Shown here: positions 1 to 11,225 of the stretch, piece after piece
How positions within the stretch are numbered: the first letter of the stretch is position 1
Layout: each line of letters starts with the position of its first letter
Source: an uncultured bacterium
Lineage (GTDB): Bacteria; Hydrothermota; UBA3072
Assembly: GCA_964476585.1 (NCBI GenBank)
Contig: CAYZBF010000002.1
Location: 66,354-130,353, forward strand
DNA length: 64,000 nt
Reading direction: 5' to 3'
Made by a program: the position numbers and the translations under genes
The notes under the pieces: model-generated
What the model saw: the letters and a program-made list of their open reading frames with translations, nothing else
Databases searched by the model: none
What the model was told of the DNA's origin: nothing

Positions 1-1597
<1,597 letters not shown>

Positions 1598-1606
1598 TCA
1601 TTCCTT

Positions 1607-2701
1607 CTAATCCAATTGCTTACGCAGGAATGTCGGGACATCCAGATCATCAATCTCAGTGTCTATATCACTTATTTCTCTGAAACTATGTTGAATTGGC
1701 GGTGCTTGTCGAAAACCTCGGAATTCTATCTTATCCAATTCGTCCTTCTCAGGCTCACCGATTCCTGTAGCAATAAGGGTTATTTCAGCTTTATAAAAAT
1801 TATCCTCGAATATAACTCCCATAAATACCTCTTTATTATCTCCCATCGCTTCACTTATCGTATCCATCGCTTCCTTCATATCTTTGAGTGTGAAGTTTTC
1901 CCTATCCACTGTTAGATTAATCAACGCCGCTTTTGCCTGGGAAATATCTGTATTATCCAAAAGAGGTGAATTCACAGCACCATGTGCTGCTTCTAGAGCT
2001 TTATTTTCTCCCTCTCCTACTCCTATTCCCATAATAGCTTTACCACGCTTTAACATCACCGATTTTACATCCGCAAAATCCATATTAATATAACCATTCT
2101 TAAGCACAAGATTACTGATACCGTGAACAGCCTTTAAAAGGACATCCATTGATTCTCTGCTAAGTGCATCTGCTAGGCTCACATTTCCCAAGCTCAAGAG
2201 TCTATCATTTGGAACAACAAGTAATGTATCTACAACTGGAGAAAGTTCTTTTATCCCTTGCTTTGAAGTTTCAATCCTCTGCGCCTCATATGAAAATGGT
2301 GTGGTAACGACTCCAACAGTAAGAACACCTTTCTCTTTGGCAAGCGAGGCTATAACCGGTGAAGCGCCCGTCCCAGTTCCACCTCCCATACCAGCAGCTA
2401 TAAACAACATATCAATACCTTGGACTAATCCCTGCAACTTCTCCAGATCTTCCTCCGCTGCTCTCTTACCGAGAATCGGATCTCCACCTGTTCCTCTACC
2501 ATCAGTTAATTCTCTCCCTATTTGTATTCTATCACTTGTTGACACCTGATTCATATCCTGAACATCAGTGTTGACAGCCCAGAACTCAATCCCCTTCATC
2601 CCTGAATCAACCATAGTAGTAACTGCATTACCACCACATCCTCCAACACCTACAACTCTTATTTTCGCTGGGCAATTATTCTTTCCTTTTGTTTTAAACA
2701 T
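1607..2701 (-). CDS. ftsZ: cell division GTPase FtsZ
   Basis: GGGTGTG tubulin signature (AAGMGGGTGTGASPVIA). I prefer the ATG at 2701, which is preceded by AAGGAGGG; the track's longer ORF uses a TTG at 2731. Confidence 0.95.
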   Translation of the reverse strand: MFKTKGKNNCPAKIRVVGVGGCGGNAVTTMVDSGMKGIEFWAVNTDVQDMNQVSTSDRIQIGRELTDGRGTGGDPILGKRAAEEDLEKLQGLVQGIDMLFIAAGMGGGTGTGASPVIASLAKEKGVLTVGVVTTPFSYEAQRIETSKQGIKELSPVVDTLLVVPNDRLLSLGNVSLADALSRESMDVLLKAVHGISNLVLKNGYINMDFADVKSVMLKRGKAIMGIGVGEGENKALEAAHGAVNSPLLDNTDISQAKAALINLTVDRENFTLKDMKEAMDTISEAMGDNKEVFMGVIFEDNFYKAEITLIATGIGEPEKDELDKIEFRGFRQAPPIQHSFREISDIDTEIDDLDVPTFLRKQLD

Positions 2702-2714
2702 TTTTCCCTCCTTA

Positions 2715-3953
2715 TTAAAAGAATTCTTCAAACCATTGCTTCATACGTTTTAATACTATGTCAAACATGCTTTTCCCTTTAAGTTCTTCGAGTTTCCCTC
2801 CGGTATGTAAAGCGCCATATTTTATAAGGCCTACAGCTGTAGCAAATGAAGGATCAGAGACCGTTTCTTTAAGACCGGTAATATGCTCTGATGGAATTCC
2901 TATCCTTACAGGCAGAGTGAATATATCCTCCGCTAACCCTGCTATACCATCTAACATAGCAGTACCGCCTGTCAGTATTACACCGGCACTCAACATATTA
3001 TAAAGTGAATCTTCAGAAAGTTCTCTGTGTGCTAGTGTCAGTATCTCTTCAATCCTAGGTTTAACTATCTGCTGTAACAACTCACGGGACACCTGCTTAT
3101 TACCTCTTCCCGAAAGACCTGGAACTGTTATCATGTCATTTCTATCCTTCTCAAGGATTTCCTTCACTGTAGCATATTCAAGTTTAATCCTCTCAGCTTC
3201 CTTAGGAGAAGTCCTGAGTCCCACTCCGATATCATTAGTCACATTTTCCCCCCCAAGACCAAATACCGAGGTTTTCCTGAGGCTTCCATTGTAAAAAATT
3301 GCCATATCAGTAGTTCCACCACCTATATCTACAAGGATAGCTCCCACTTCCTTTTCTTCCTCTGAAAGAATAGAGTAAGAAGAAGCAAGGGGTTGTAGGA
3401 CGATATCGCTAACTTCATAGCCTGCTTTATTCACACACTTACATATATTCTTTGCTGAAGTTACAGCTCCTGTCACAATAACAACATTAGCTTCTAGACG
3501 TTGCGAGAACATTCCTAACGGATCTCTAATCCCACCCTGTCCATCAAGTATGAATTCAGTCGGTATAATATGGATCACCTCTCTATCTACAGGAAGCGCC
3601 ATGGATTTTGCACTCTCCAGTACGCGATCAACATCTTCCCGAGTAACTTCATTGTCTACTCCAGTAACTGCGACTACACCACGGCCCTGTATATTTCTAA
3701 TGTGGTCCCCTGCAATACCTGTATAAACCCCTTTGGCCTCCTTGCCGGCCATCATCTCCGCCTCTCTCATCGCTTTGAGGATGGATTGCACCGTCTTGTC
3801 TATATTTATAACTACCCCTTTACGAAGACCCTCCGAAGGGTATTTACCCACTCCCATAATATTAGCCCCCTCATCATCAACCTCGGCTACCACAGCTGCT
3901 ATTTTAGTGGTACCAAGATCTAACCCCACCACAATATCCTTATCATCATTCAC
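2715..3953 (-). CDS. ftsA: cell division protein FtsA (actin-like ATPase)
   Basis: N-terminal VVGLDLGTTKIA and actin-fold motifs. GTG start with AAGGAGGT 5 nt upstream. Confidence 0.9.
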   Translation of the reverse strand: MNDDKDIVVGLDLGTTKIAAVVAEVDDEGANIMGVGKYPSEGLRKGVVINIDKTVQSILKAMREAEMMAGKEAKGVYTGIAGDHIRNIQGRGVVAVTGVDNEVTREDVDRVLESAKSMALPVDREVIHIIPTEFILDGQGGIRDPLGMFSQRLEANVVIVTGAVTSAKNICKCVNKAGYEVSDIVLQPLASSYSILSEEEKEVGAILVDIGGGTTDMAIFYNGSLRKTSVFGLGGENVTNDIGVGLRTSPKEAERIKLEYATVKEILEKDRNDMITVPGLSGRGNKQVSRELLQQIVKPRIEEILTLAHRELSEDSLYNMLSAGVILTGGTAMLDGIAGLAEDIFTLPVRIGIPSEHITGLKETVSDPSFATAVGLIKYGALHTGGKLEELKGKSMFDIVLKRMKQWFEEFF

Positions 3954-3956
3954 TTA

Positions 3957-4601
3957 TTACCTCCTTAAAACAACTTGATCATCAAACCTGAAATCCAATC
4001 TCCCAGACGAAACAATCCCTGTTTTATAAATTTTTTTCAAGAGTTTGTACTTCTCTGGATAACTATCCTTCCCCCAAAGAACCTTTATATTCCCAATCCT
4101 ACTCTCCAATCCATAGGATATGACTTTTACTTCCTCTACACGCACATCTCTTGTAATTTTCAGTATTTGTACTGCTTCCTGTAGTCCTTCGAGCAGCGAA
4201 TCGTCCTTAACTTTAATTATTGGGAGTGTATCTATACCCTCTGCTTTGAATAATACTCCTTCTTCATCTACACAAATTCCTTTCATATTAGAAATCCTGG
4301 CAATAGGTACTCTAGGTTGTATAAGAATTGAGACTACTCCTCTTATATTTTTATGCCATTTGACATTCTTTACCCAATCGAGTCCAATAATGTCCGATCT
4401 TACTGGCTGGATAGACTTTGGAAGCGGCTCTGATATTAGCTTCCTTACCTCCAATATTCTCTCATCCTGCACAGGTTGGGACCATTTTATTAAGTAACCC
4501 TTTATAGGCATAAATGCTTTCCATCCCTCATACACAAAGAAGAGGAGCATTAGTAATAGGAAATATCTCGCCCTAAATCTGGGTTTCTTCTTCTTTCCCA
4601 A
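3957..4601 (-). CDS. ftsQ: cell division protein FtsQ/DivIB (POTRA domain)
   Basis: Position between murB and ftsA; N-terminal TM helix followed by a POTRA-like region. Confidence 0.75.
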   Translation of the reverse strand: MGKKKKPRFRARYFLLLMLLFFVYEGWKAFMPIKGYLIKWSQPVQDERILEVRKLISEPLPKSIQPVRSDIIGLDWVKNVKWHKNIRGVVSILIQPRVPIARISNMKGICVDEEGVLFKAEGIDTLPIIKVKDDSLLEGLQEAVQILKITRDVRVEEVKVISYGLESRIGNIKVLWGKDSYPEKYKLLKKIYKTGIVSSGRLDFRFDDQVVLRR

Positions 4602-5466
4602 TTATCACCACCTCTGTTTCCAGAATAACGCCAAATTTCTTCTCCACTTCATCCCTCACACGCCGGATCAATTCAATAACATCCTCTGATGTGGCAGATG
4701 GATCGGTAAGTATGTAATTCGCATGGTCCATGGAAATCAGAGCTCCTCCAACCCTCCTTCCTTTAAGTCCTGCCTGTTCTATCAGATTACCAGCATGTCC
4801 TCCTTCTGGATTCTTAAAAACCGAACCGCAGGTTCCAATATGACTCGGTATCTTTGGTAGCCTACTCCTTCTCTTTTTAGAAATCTCCTCCATTCTGTTC
4901 TCAATTTCCTTTCTATTTCCTTTCTCTAACAAGAGATTTACATCAAGCACAATCTCTCTTTTAAGGGTGGAGTACCTATATCCAAATTGGAATTCCTCCA
5001 AATGTGATATTTCACTTCCGCGTAGGACAGAAATAGAAGAAACAAACTCTCCAATTTCTGTTCCATAGGCACCTGCATTCATAACGACTGCACCTCCAAT
5101 AGTTCCAGGAACACCAGTTAACGATTCAAACCCTGAAAGACAGGCATCTTTGCAACACTTAATAATCTCTAACAGAGAAGCACCGGCCTCTGCCCGAATC
5201 ATATCCTCTTCAAGTAAGATTCTATTCATCCTCTTTGTTGTCATAACAAGGCCTTTGAATCCTTCATCTAAAAAGAGGACATTTGAGCCATTACCTATTA
5301 TATAGTACGGAATTCCCTTTCCCTCACAGAACTCTATAGACTTTCTCATATCATCCATACTGGCAACGTACAAGAAATAACGAGCTTCTCCACCTACACG
5401 GAGATATGTATGGCTGGATAGGGGCTCTTTTCTCTTTAACTCACCTTTTATTTCTAATCCCTTCAA
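4573..5466 (-). CDS. murB: UDP-N-acetylenolpyruvoylglucosamine reductase MurB
   Basis: FAD-binding MurB family features (GGEARYF, GNGSN) and dcw context. Confidence 0.85.
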   Translation of the reverse strand: MKGLEIKGELKRKEPLSSHTYLRVGGEARYFLYVASMDDMRKSIEFCEGKGIPYYIIGNGSNVLFLDEGFKGLVMTTKRMNRILLEEDMIRAEAGASLLEIIKCCKDACLSGFESLTGVPGTIGGAVVMNAGAYGTEIGEFVSSISVLRGSEISHLEEFQFGYRYSTLKREIVLDVNLLLEKGNRKEIENRMEEISKKRRSRLPKIPSHIGTCGSVFKNPEGGHAGNLIEQAGLKGRRVGGALISMDHANYILTDPSATSEDVIELIRRVRDEVEKKFGVILETEVVIIGKEEETQI

Positions 5467-6820
5467 GAAGGTCCTCCGCTATCTTATAGATATTCCCCGC
5501 CCCAAGGAGAAGAATCATATCTCCCTCCCTTAACTCTGGGAGAAGATATTCTGGTACTTCTCTCATATTCTCTATATAAAGAACATCCTTATGACCAAAA
5601 TCTCTGCATTGATCCCTTATTATTGCTCCGCTGACCCCGGGTATCTCTTCCTCCCTTGCAGGGTAAATATCCGTTATTATCACCTTATCAGCCTGAAAGA
5701 ATGCTTTTCCAAACTCTTTTTTCAATAAGATTGTCCTTGAATAGAGATGAGGCTGAAACACTGCAATTATTCTTCCATTCCAGCTATCCCTGGCTGATTT
5801 AAGGGTAGATTCAATCTCCGTTGGATGATGAGCGTAATCATCTACAATAAGGATCCCGTTCACAAACCCTTTCCTTTCAAATCTCCTTGTAACTCCTTCA
5901 CATCCTTCAATACCCTTTTTTATCTTATCAAATTCTATGCCTAATTCCAGACAAACGCCACAGGCTGCAACCGCATTAATTACATTATGAACTCCAGGAA
6001 GAGAAAGTTTGATACGTCCTAATCTATCACCATTTGCGACAAGGGCAAAGGAATAGGTAAAATCCTTTTTATTTATTGCTAAACCTTTTATATCTGCGTT
6101 CGGAGAAAGACCAAACGTTATTACCCTTTTATCAATATCAGAACGTATTGATAGAGAATTAGGGTCATCCATACAGAGGTAGACACTTCCATAGAAAGGA
6201 ACAGAGTTAGCAAACTTCGTAAAGGCCTGCTTAATATCATCCAGGTCCCTATAGAAATCGAGATGCTCACGGTCTATATTAGTTATCACTGCAATTGTTG
6301 GAAAAAGCTTGAGGAAGGAGCGATCGCTTTCATCCGCCTCCGCAACTAAATACTCACTCTCTCCCAGCTTTGCGTTATTGCCGGAACCTTTCAACCTTCC
6401 ACCTAAAACGAGTGTTGGATCGAGAGCACCCTTAGAGAGTATTGAACCGATGAGGGATGCGGTAGTTGACTTTCCATGACTTCCTGCAACTGCAATAGAG
6501 AATTTCATACGCATTAGTTCTGCCAACATTTCAGCACGTGGTATAACAGGAATCTTTCGGAGAAAGGCTTCCTGCAATTCAACATTCTCCTCAAAGTTAA
6601 GAGCTGAGGTATAAACCACTACATCTGCATCTCCGAGATTCTCCTTTGAATGCGAAAGGTAAACCTCTATACCGAGTTCCTGAAGCCTCTTTGTATTCTC
6701 GGATTCCTTTATATCGGAACCTGTTATAATATATCCCATATTATGAAGTAGCTCAGCAATGCCACTCATACCTATACCACCTATACCAACAAAATGAATC
6801 TTTTCAATTCTTCCAAACAT
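5441..6820 (-). CDS. murC: UDP-N-acetylmuramate--L-alanine ligase MurC
   Basis: Mur ligase motifs (GIGGIGMSG, GSHGKSTT). Confidence 0.9.
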   Translation of the reverse strand: MFGRIEKIHFVGIGGIGMSGIAELLHNMGYIITGSDIKESENTKRLQELGIEVYLSHSKENLGDADVVVYTSALNFEENVELQEAFLRKIPVIPRAEMLAELMRMKFSIAVAGSHGKSTTASLIGSILSKGALDPTLVLGGRLKGSGNNAKLGESEYLVAEADESDRSFLKLFPTIAVITNIDREHLDFYRDLDDIKQAFTKFANSVPFYGSVYLCMDDPNSLSIRSDIDKRVITFGLSPNADIKGLAINKKDFTYSFALVANGDRLGRIKLSLPGVHNVINAVAACGVCLELGIEFDKIKKGIEGCEGVTRRFERKGFVNGILIVDDYAHHPTEIESTLKSARDSWNGRIIAVFQPHLYSRTILLKKEFGKAFFQADKVIITDIYPAREEEIPGVSGAIIRDQCRDFGHKDVLYIENMREVPEYLLPELREGDMILLLGAGNIYKIAEDLLEGIRNKR

Positions 6821-7853
6821 ATCCTTCCATCCTTTTTATTATCCTTTCTGTTGCATCCTCCTCCCTTTCAACACTTAATCTTTTACCAACCAACTGATTT
6901 ATTACCACAATCAGTCTATCTATATCTATGTCCTCTTCTCGTATCACCTTCACATTATTCCGCCTCGCGGCAGCCATTTTTGCATTATGGAATTGATGGT
7001 CCTTTGCGGCATAGGGATAAGGAATAAACACAGTTGGAATACCAGTCTTCTCGATCTCTGCAGTAACAAGCGCACCCGAACGAGAAATAATTATATCAGC
7101 TAAGGCATAAGCAAGACCCATCCTTTCAATGAAACTCAACTTTTTAATACTTTCACCATTAATTTGCAATCTATGTTTTCCTGTCTGTATGATAAATTGC
7201 CAATCCTTTGGATTTAGCTTTGGAATCAACTGCTCTGCAAGACCTACAAGGGTTTTTGCTCCTCTACTCCCACCTAATACAAGGAGTGTTTTCTTATCCC
7301 TGTCCAAGGAAAAATATTTTATTGCCTCATTTTTATCTGCAGAAAGTATCTCCTCTCTTACAGGAATTCCCGTCACTGTTTTCTTTAGAGATCGAATGGA
7401 AGGGAAAACACTATCAAAGGGTAAGAAAACCTCTTCTGAGTAGCGAGAAAAAACCCGTACTGCAAGACCAGGCTCGGAATCCAGTATAAGTGTAAAGATA
7501 GGCATTCGGTAAATGATTCCTGCAATTCCCACAGGGACAGAGGCAAATCCGCCTGTTAAAAGTATAGCCTTGGGTCTATACCGTAGAAGAATAAACAATG
7601 ACGAAAAGAAGGATGGAATGAACCTTAGTATAAACTCAACTTTTCCGAAAGTATTCCTGTCTACCCACCCTATAATAGGCAAAAGATACATCCACTCTCT
7701 TCGAGCTATTCTCTTTTCAATGCCCGAATTGCTTCCAATATAAATTGTCCTAACTCCCTTTCTTTCTAGACCGTCAGCTATGGAGAGTGCCGGGAATATA
7801 TGACCCCCGGTTCCTCCTCCTGATATCACCACCGTTTTTTGCGATAGAGACAA
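6804..7853 (-). CDS. murG: UDP-GlcNAc:lipid I GlcNAc transferase MurG
   Basis: ISGGGTGGHIFPAL N-terminal motif. The 5' end overlaps ftsW out of frame by ~60-80 nt. Confidence 0.9.
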   Translation of the reverse strand: MSLSQKTVVISGGGTGGHIFPALSIADGLERKGVRTIYIGSNSGIEKRIARREWMYLLPIIGWVDRNTFGKVEFILRFIPSFFSSLFILLRYRPKAILLTGGFASVPVGIAGIIYRMPIFTLILDSEPGLAVRVFSRYSEEVFLPFDSVFPSIRSLKKTVTGIPVREEILSADKNEAIKYFSLDRDKKTLLVLGGSRGAKTLVGLAEQLIPKLNPKDWQFIIQTGKHRLQINGESIKKLSFIERMGLAYALADIIISRSGALVTAEIEKTGIPTVFIPYPYAAKDHQFHNAKMAAARRNNVKVIREEDIDIDRLIVVINQLVGKRLSVEREEDATERIIKRMEGYVWKN

Positions 7854-8853
7854 TAATACCTCCAGCTATATAATTTACTACCAGAGCTGTTCCGCCACTC
7901 GATATAAATGGGAGTGGTACCCCTGTCACAGGAATACTCCCTAAAGCTACAAAGATGTGAATCAAAGCATTTATGAATATCATAGAAATAAGTCCGAGTC
8001 CCAAAACACCAGCATATTTATTTCGAGCTCGTAAACTAAATCTCGAAGCAGATATCAAATAAACAAGAAATGACCCGAGAACAAGAAAAGCTCCAGTAAA
8101 ACCTAATTCTTCTCCAACTATTGAGAATATAAAGTCAGAATCAGGAAGTGGTATATAGAAGAATTTTCTCATCCCACTCCCCAGGCCTAATCCTTTCCAA
8201 CCACCAGTAGCTATAGCCTTCACTGTATTACTTATAGAATCAGAACTAATATAGTCTGTTATCCTTTCTAATGCATACCCTCGACTGACTATATAACCAG
8301 TACCTGCAAGTATTAATATAGCCAAGAATAAAGCAACCTTCCAGAGATCTGTCCCATTAAGATACATCATAATACCACCAAGAGACGCAGTCACCAGGGC
8401 AGTTGATATATCCGGCTGGAATAAAATCAAAACTGTTGTAAGAGAAATGACCAAAACAGATATTCCAAAATCTCTCTTCTTTGCCAAGAAAGCAATAAAC
8501 GCGATCTGCGCAAAAATAGAAGGTTGGAAAGAAATTCGACCTATATATAACCACCTCTTTGCATAATTTATTCTTGTTCCGAAGACGTATGTAAGAGTAA
8601 GAAGAATAATTGCAAGGATAAAGAGATTACCGTTCAATCTTTCCCATACATCTAACTTTATCTTTGAAAATGTAAAGAACAACATGATAGCAAGAATAAA
8701 TACGATTAGCTGTTTTATAAATGAAATGGGTACTACTCTTTCGTAAACTGATATACCTGATGCGGCAGAAAATACCATAACAAGTCCCAATGCTCCCAGG
8801 AAAAGAGGTAGTATTTCTACTATTGATACTCTGAGTTTTTTCTCATTTACCAT
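7774..8853 (-). CDS. ftsW: peptidoglycan glycosyltransferase FtsW (SEDS family)
   Basis: Polytopic membrane protein of the SEDS family, between murD and murG. Confidence 0.85.
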   Translation of the reverse strand: MVNEKKLRVSIVEILPLFLGALGLVMVFSAASGISVYERVVPISFIKQLIVFILAIMLFFTFSKIKLDVWERLNGNLFILAIILLTLTYVFGTRINYAKRWLYIGRISFQPSIFAQIAFIAFLAKKRDFGISVLVISLTTVLILFQPDISTALVTASLGGIMMYLNGTDLWKVALFLAILILAGTGYIVSRGYALERITDYISSDSISNTVKAIATGGWKGLGLGSGMRKFFYIPLPDSDFIFSIVGEELGFTGAFLVLGSFLVYLISASRFSLRARNKYAGVLGLGLISMIFINALIHIFVALGSIPVTGVPLPFISSGGTALVVNYIAGGIIVSIAKNGGDIRRRNRGSYIPGTLHS

Positions 8854-10138
8854 AGATATCCCTTACTGCTCTCTTAAAATCCTCTCCCCTTTCAGCAAAA
8901 TTTTCATAAAGGTCAAAACTTGCGCCACCGGGGGAAAGCATAACCTTATTAATTCCGAAATCCTTGGTAAGCCTAACAGCATCTATTATTGAGGAAGCTA
9001 TTTTGTATCGATTAAATCCAGCGTCTTTTAAAATTCTCTCTATGGGAGCGCTGGATTCCCCAAGTAGAATAACTTGGGCTGCCCACTTCTGAATCGCCTC
9101 TATTATTGGAGCAGTATTTTCCACCTTCATCCTACCCCCCACTATCACGCAAGAGTCTGGAAATGCCTCAAGGGATTTTGCAAAAGCTATGGGATTCGTA
9201 CACATTGAGTTATTGATTATATGCAAGTTTTCGTTCTTTAAAACTGTTTCCATCCGGTGTTCCATCCCTTCAAACGAACGAATTCCCGATTGCACCTCTT
9301 CTCTGGACAGTCCCAAGACATTGCCTATAAGAGATGCAACCATTCCATCCTCAACAAATATATCTCCAGGAATGAATAGATCAGTTAAGGAAAAGACTAC
9401 TATACCCTCTTTGTCTCTTACCTCTTCCCCGATATAGTAGATATCTGCTTTTCTCCTCATTGAAAAAAATAGAATTTTAGAGTGTGTATCTATAGAAGAC
9501 AAACTCTCATCATCCATATTTAGGATGGAATAATCAGAATATGTTTGATTGGCTAAAATATTCAGCTTTGCATTCCTGTAATCCTCAAAGTTCTTATACC
9601 GGTCTAGATGATCCGGGCTTATATTTATAATCGCGGAGATTTTGGGGTGAAAATCAAGAATTCTCTCAAGTTGAAAGGAACTAACCTCTAACACTGTTAC
9701 GGTAGATTCATCACTCATCAGAACAAGTTCGCTTAATGGAACACCAGGATATATATTACCTCCCAGCAAGACCTTTTTGAACTTTTTAGATTGAGACAGA
9801 ATATGCGAAGTAAGTGCAGCCGTTGTGGTCTTTCCGTTAGTTCCTGTGATGGCAATCATCTTGCCTTTTAAGTGCCGGGAAGCAAATTCCAATTCTCCCA
9901 TAATTGGGATACCTCCTTCCCGTGCTTTTTCCAATATTGGAATGGAGAGAGGTACACCAGGAGATACAATGAGAAGATCCATTTTAAGCAACTCTTGCGA
10001 ATGATCGCCAACTTCATTTGGATAAGGGATATTTGAAAGAAATTCATTCTTCTCACTAATAAAAGGAGTTTCACCTAACCTATCTATTAGTCCGGCAACT
10101 GCCTTCCCACTTCTACCATATCCAATAACTCCTATCAT
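8843..10138 (-). CDS. murD: UDP-N-acetylmuramoylalanine--D-glutamate ligase MurD
   Basis: Mur ligase family protein (GTNGKTTT), between mraY and ftsW. Confidence 0.9.
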   Translation of the reverse strand: MIGVIGYGRSGKAVAGLIDRLGETPFISEKNEFLSNIPYPNEVGDHSQELLKMDLLIVSPGVPLSIPILEKAREGGIPIMGELEFASRHLKGKMIAITGTNGKTTTAALTSHILSQSKKFKKVLLGGNIYPGVPLSELVLMSDESTVTVLEVSSFQLERILDFHPKISAIINISPDHLDRYKNFEDYRNAKLNILANQTYSDYSILNMDDESLSSIDTHSKILFFSMRRKADIYYIGEEVRDKEGIVVFSLTDLFIPGDIFVEDGMVASLIGNVLGLSREEVQSGIRSFEGMEHRMETVLKNENLHIINNSMCTNPIAFAKSLEAFPDSCVIVGGRMKVENTAPIIEAIQKWAAQVILLGESSAPIERILKDAGFNRYKIASSIIDAVRLTKDFGINKVMLSPGGASFDLYENFAERGEDFKRAVRDIYGK

Positions 10139-10148
10139 TTTCTCCTCA

Positions 10149-11225
10149 CTATCGAATCTTAAGTGTACTCAGGCCCAGGAGAGCAAATAAGATGCCCCAG
10201 ATCCAGAATCTCACAACTACTTTGGATTCCTCCCAACCAAGAAGATGGAAATGGTAGTGTATCGGGGCCATTTTAAGCACCCTTTTGCCTCTAATTTTAA
10301 AAGAGCCAACCTGTAAGAACACAGATAAAGTTTCGATCACAAAGACTCCACCTATCACTAAAAGTAATATTTCCTGTTTAAGAAGCACAGCCACGAGACC
10401 CAGAATGCCTCCAATTGCAAGGGAGCCTGTATCTCCCATAAACACCTCAGCAGGATAACTATTAAACCACAAGAATCCTATGGCTGAACCCAGGAAAGCT
10501 GTACAGAAGATAGTGATCTCTCCAGCACCATCAATAAATAATATATTGAGATAACTTGAAAACTTTACGTTCCCAACCACATAAGCAACCACTGCAAAGG
10601 CAGATGCTACTATACCTGAAAGACCTATAGCTAGACCATCCATTCCATCAGTAAGATTTACCGCATTAGTAGTTCCTATAATCACAAGCATAAGGAATGG
10701 TATATAAAAATACCCCAAGTTTAAAAATATATTCTTGAGAAAGAGAGAACTTGTCATGGTTTCATATCCAGTTCGAAGAGGAAAATATAAAAGTAGAGTT
10801 CCTATGACGAGAGCAGGAATAACCTGTATAACTAATTTCTGCCACACACGGAACCCTTCTCCATTTTTAACCTTGAACCAATCATCTATAATCCCAAACC
10901 CAGCCATCCATAACGTTATCGAAACAAGATATAGAATAAGCCTGTTTGTCAAGTCACACCAGAGAAGAACCGAGATCAGGAGTGAGAAAAGTATAATAAT
11001 GCCACCCATTGTAGGGGTACCTTGTTTGTGTCCGTGGCTATCCTCAATATACTTTGATATAGGTTCTCTAATATTTTTCTGTGTTAGCCATCCAATTATT
11101 TTCCTGCCAAGAATTAAGGATATGAGTAATGAAGTAATGGAGGCATAAGCAGAACGGAATGTAATATATCTCAGAAGATTGAAGATTGTAAAATGCTCTC
11201 TTAAAGGGTATAAGAAATAGAACAT
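10149..11225 (-). CDS. mraY: phospho-N-acetylmuramoyl-pentapeptide transferase MraY
   Basis: Polytopic membrane protein with MraY motifs (NAVNLTDGMDGLA). Confidence 0.9.
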   Translation of the reverse strand: MFYFLYPLREHFTIFNLLRYITFRSAYASITSLLISLILGRKIIGWLTQKNIREPISKYIEDSHGHKQGTPTMGGIIILFSLLISVLLWCDLTNRLILYLVSITLWMAGFGIIDDWFKVKNGEGFRVWQKLVIQVIPALVIGTLLLYFPLRTGYETMTSSLFLKNIFLNLGYFYIPFLMLVIIGTTNAVNLTDGMDGLAIGLSGIVASAFAVVAYVVGNVKFSSYLNILFIDGAGEITIFCTAFLGSAIGFLWFNSYPAEVFMGDTGSLAIGGILGLVAVLLKQEILLLVIGGVFVIETLSVFLQVGSFKIRGKRVLKMAPIHYHFHLLGWEESKVVVRFWIWGILFALLGLSTLKIR

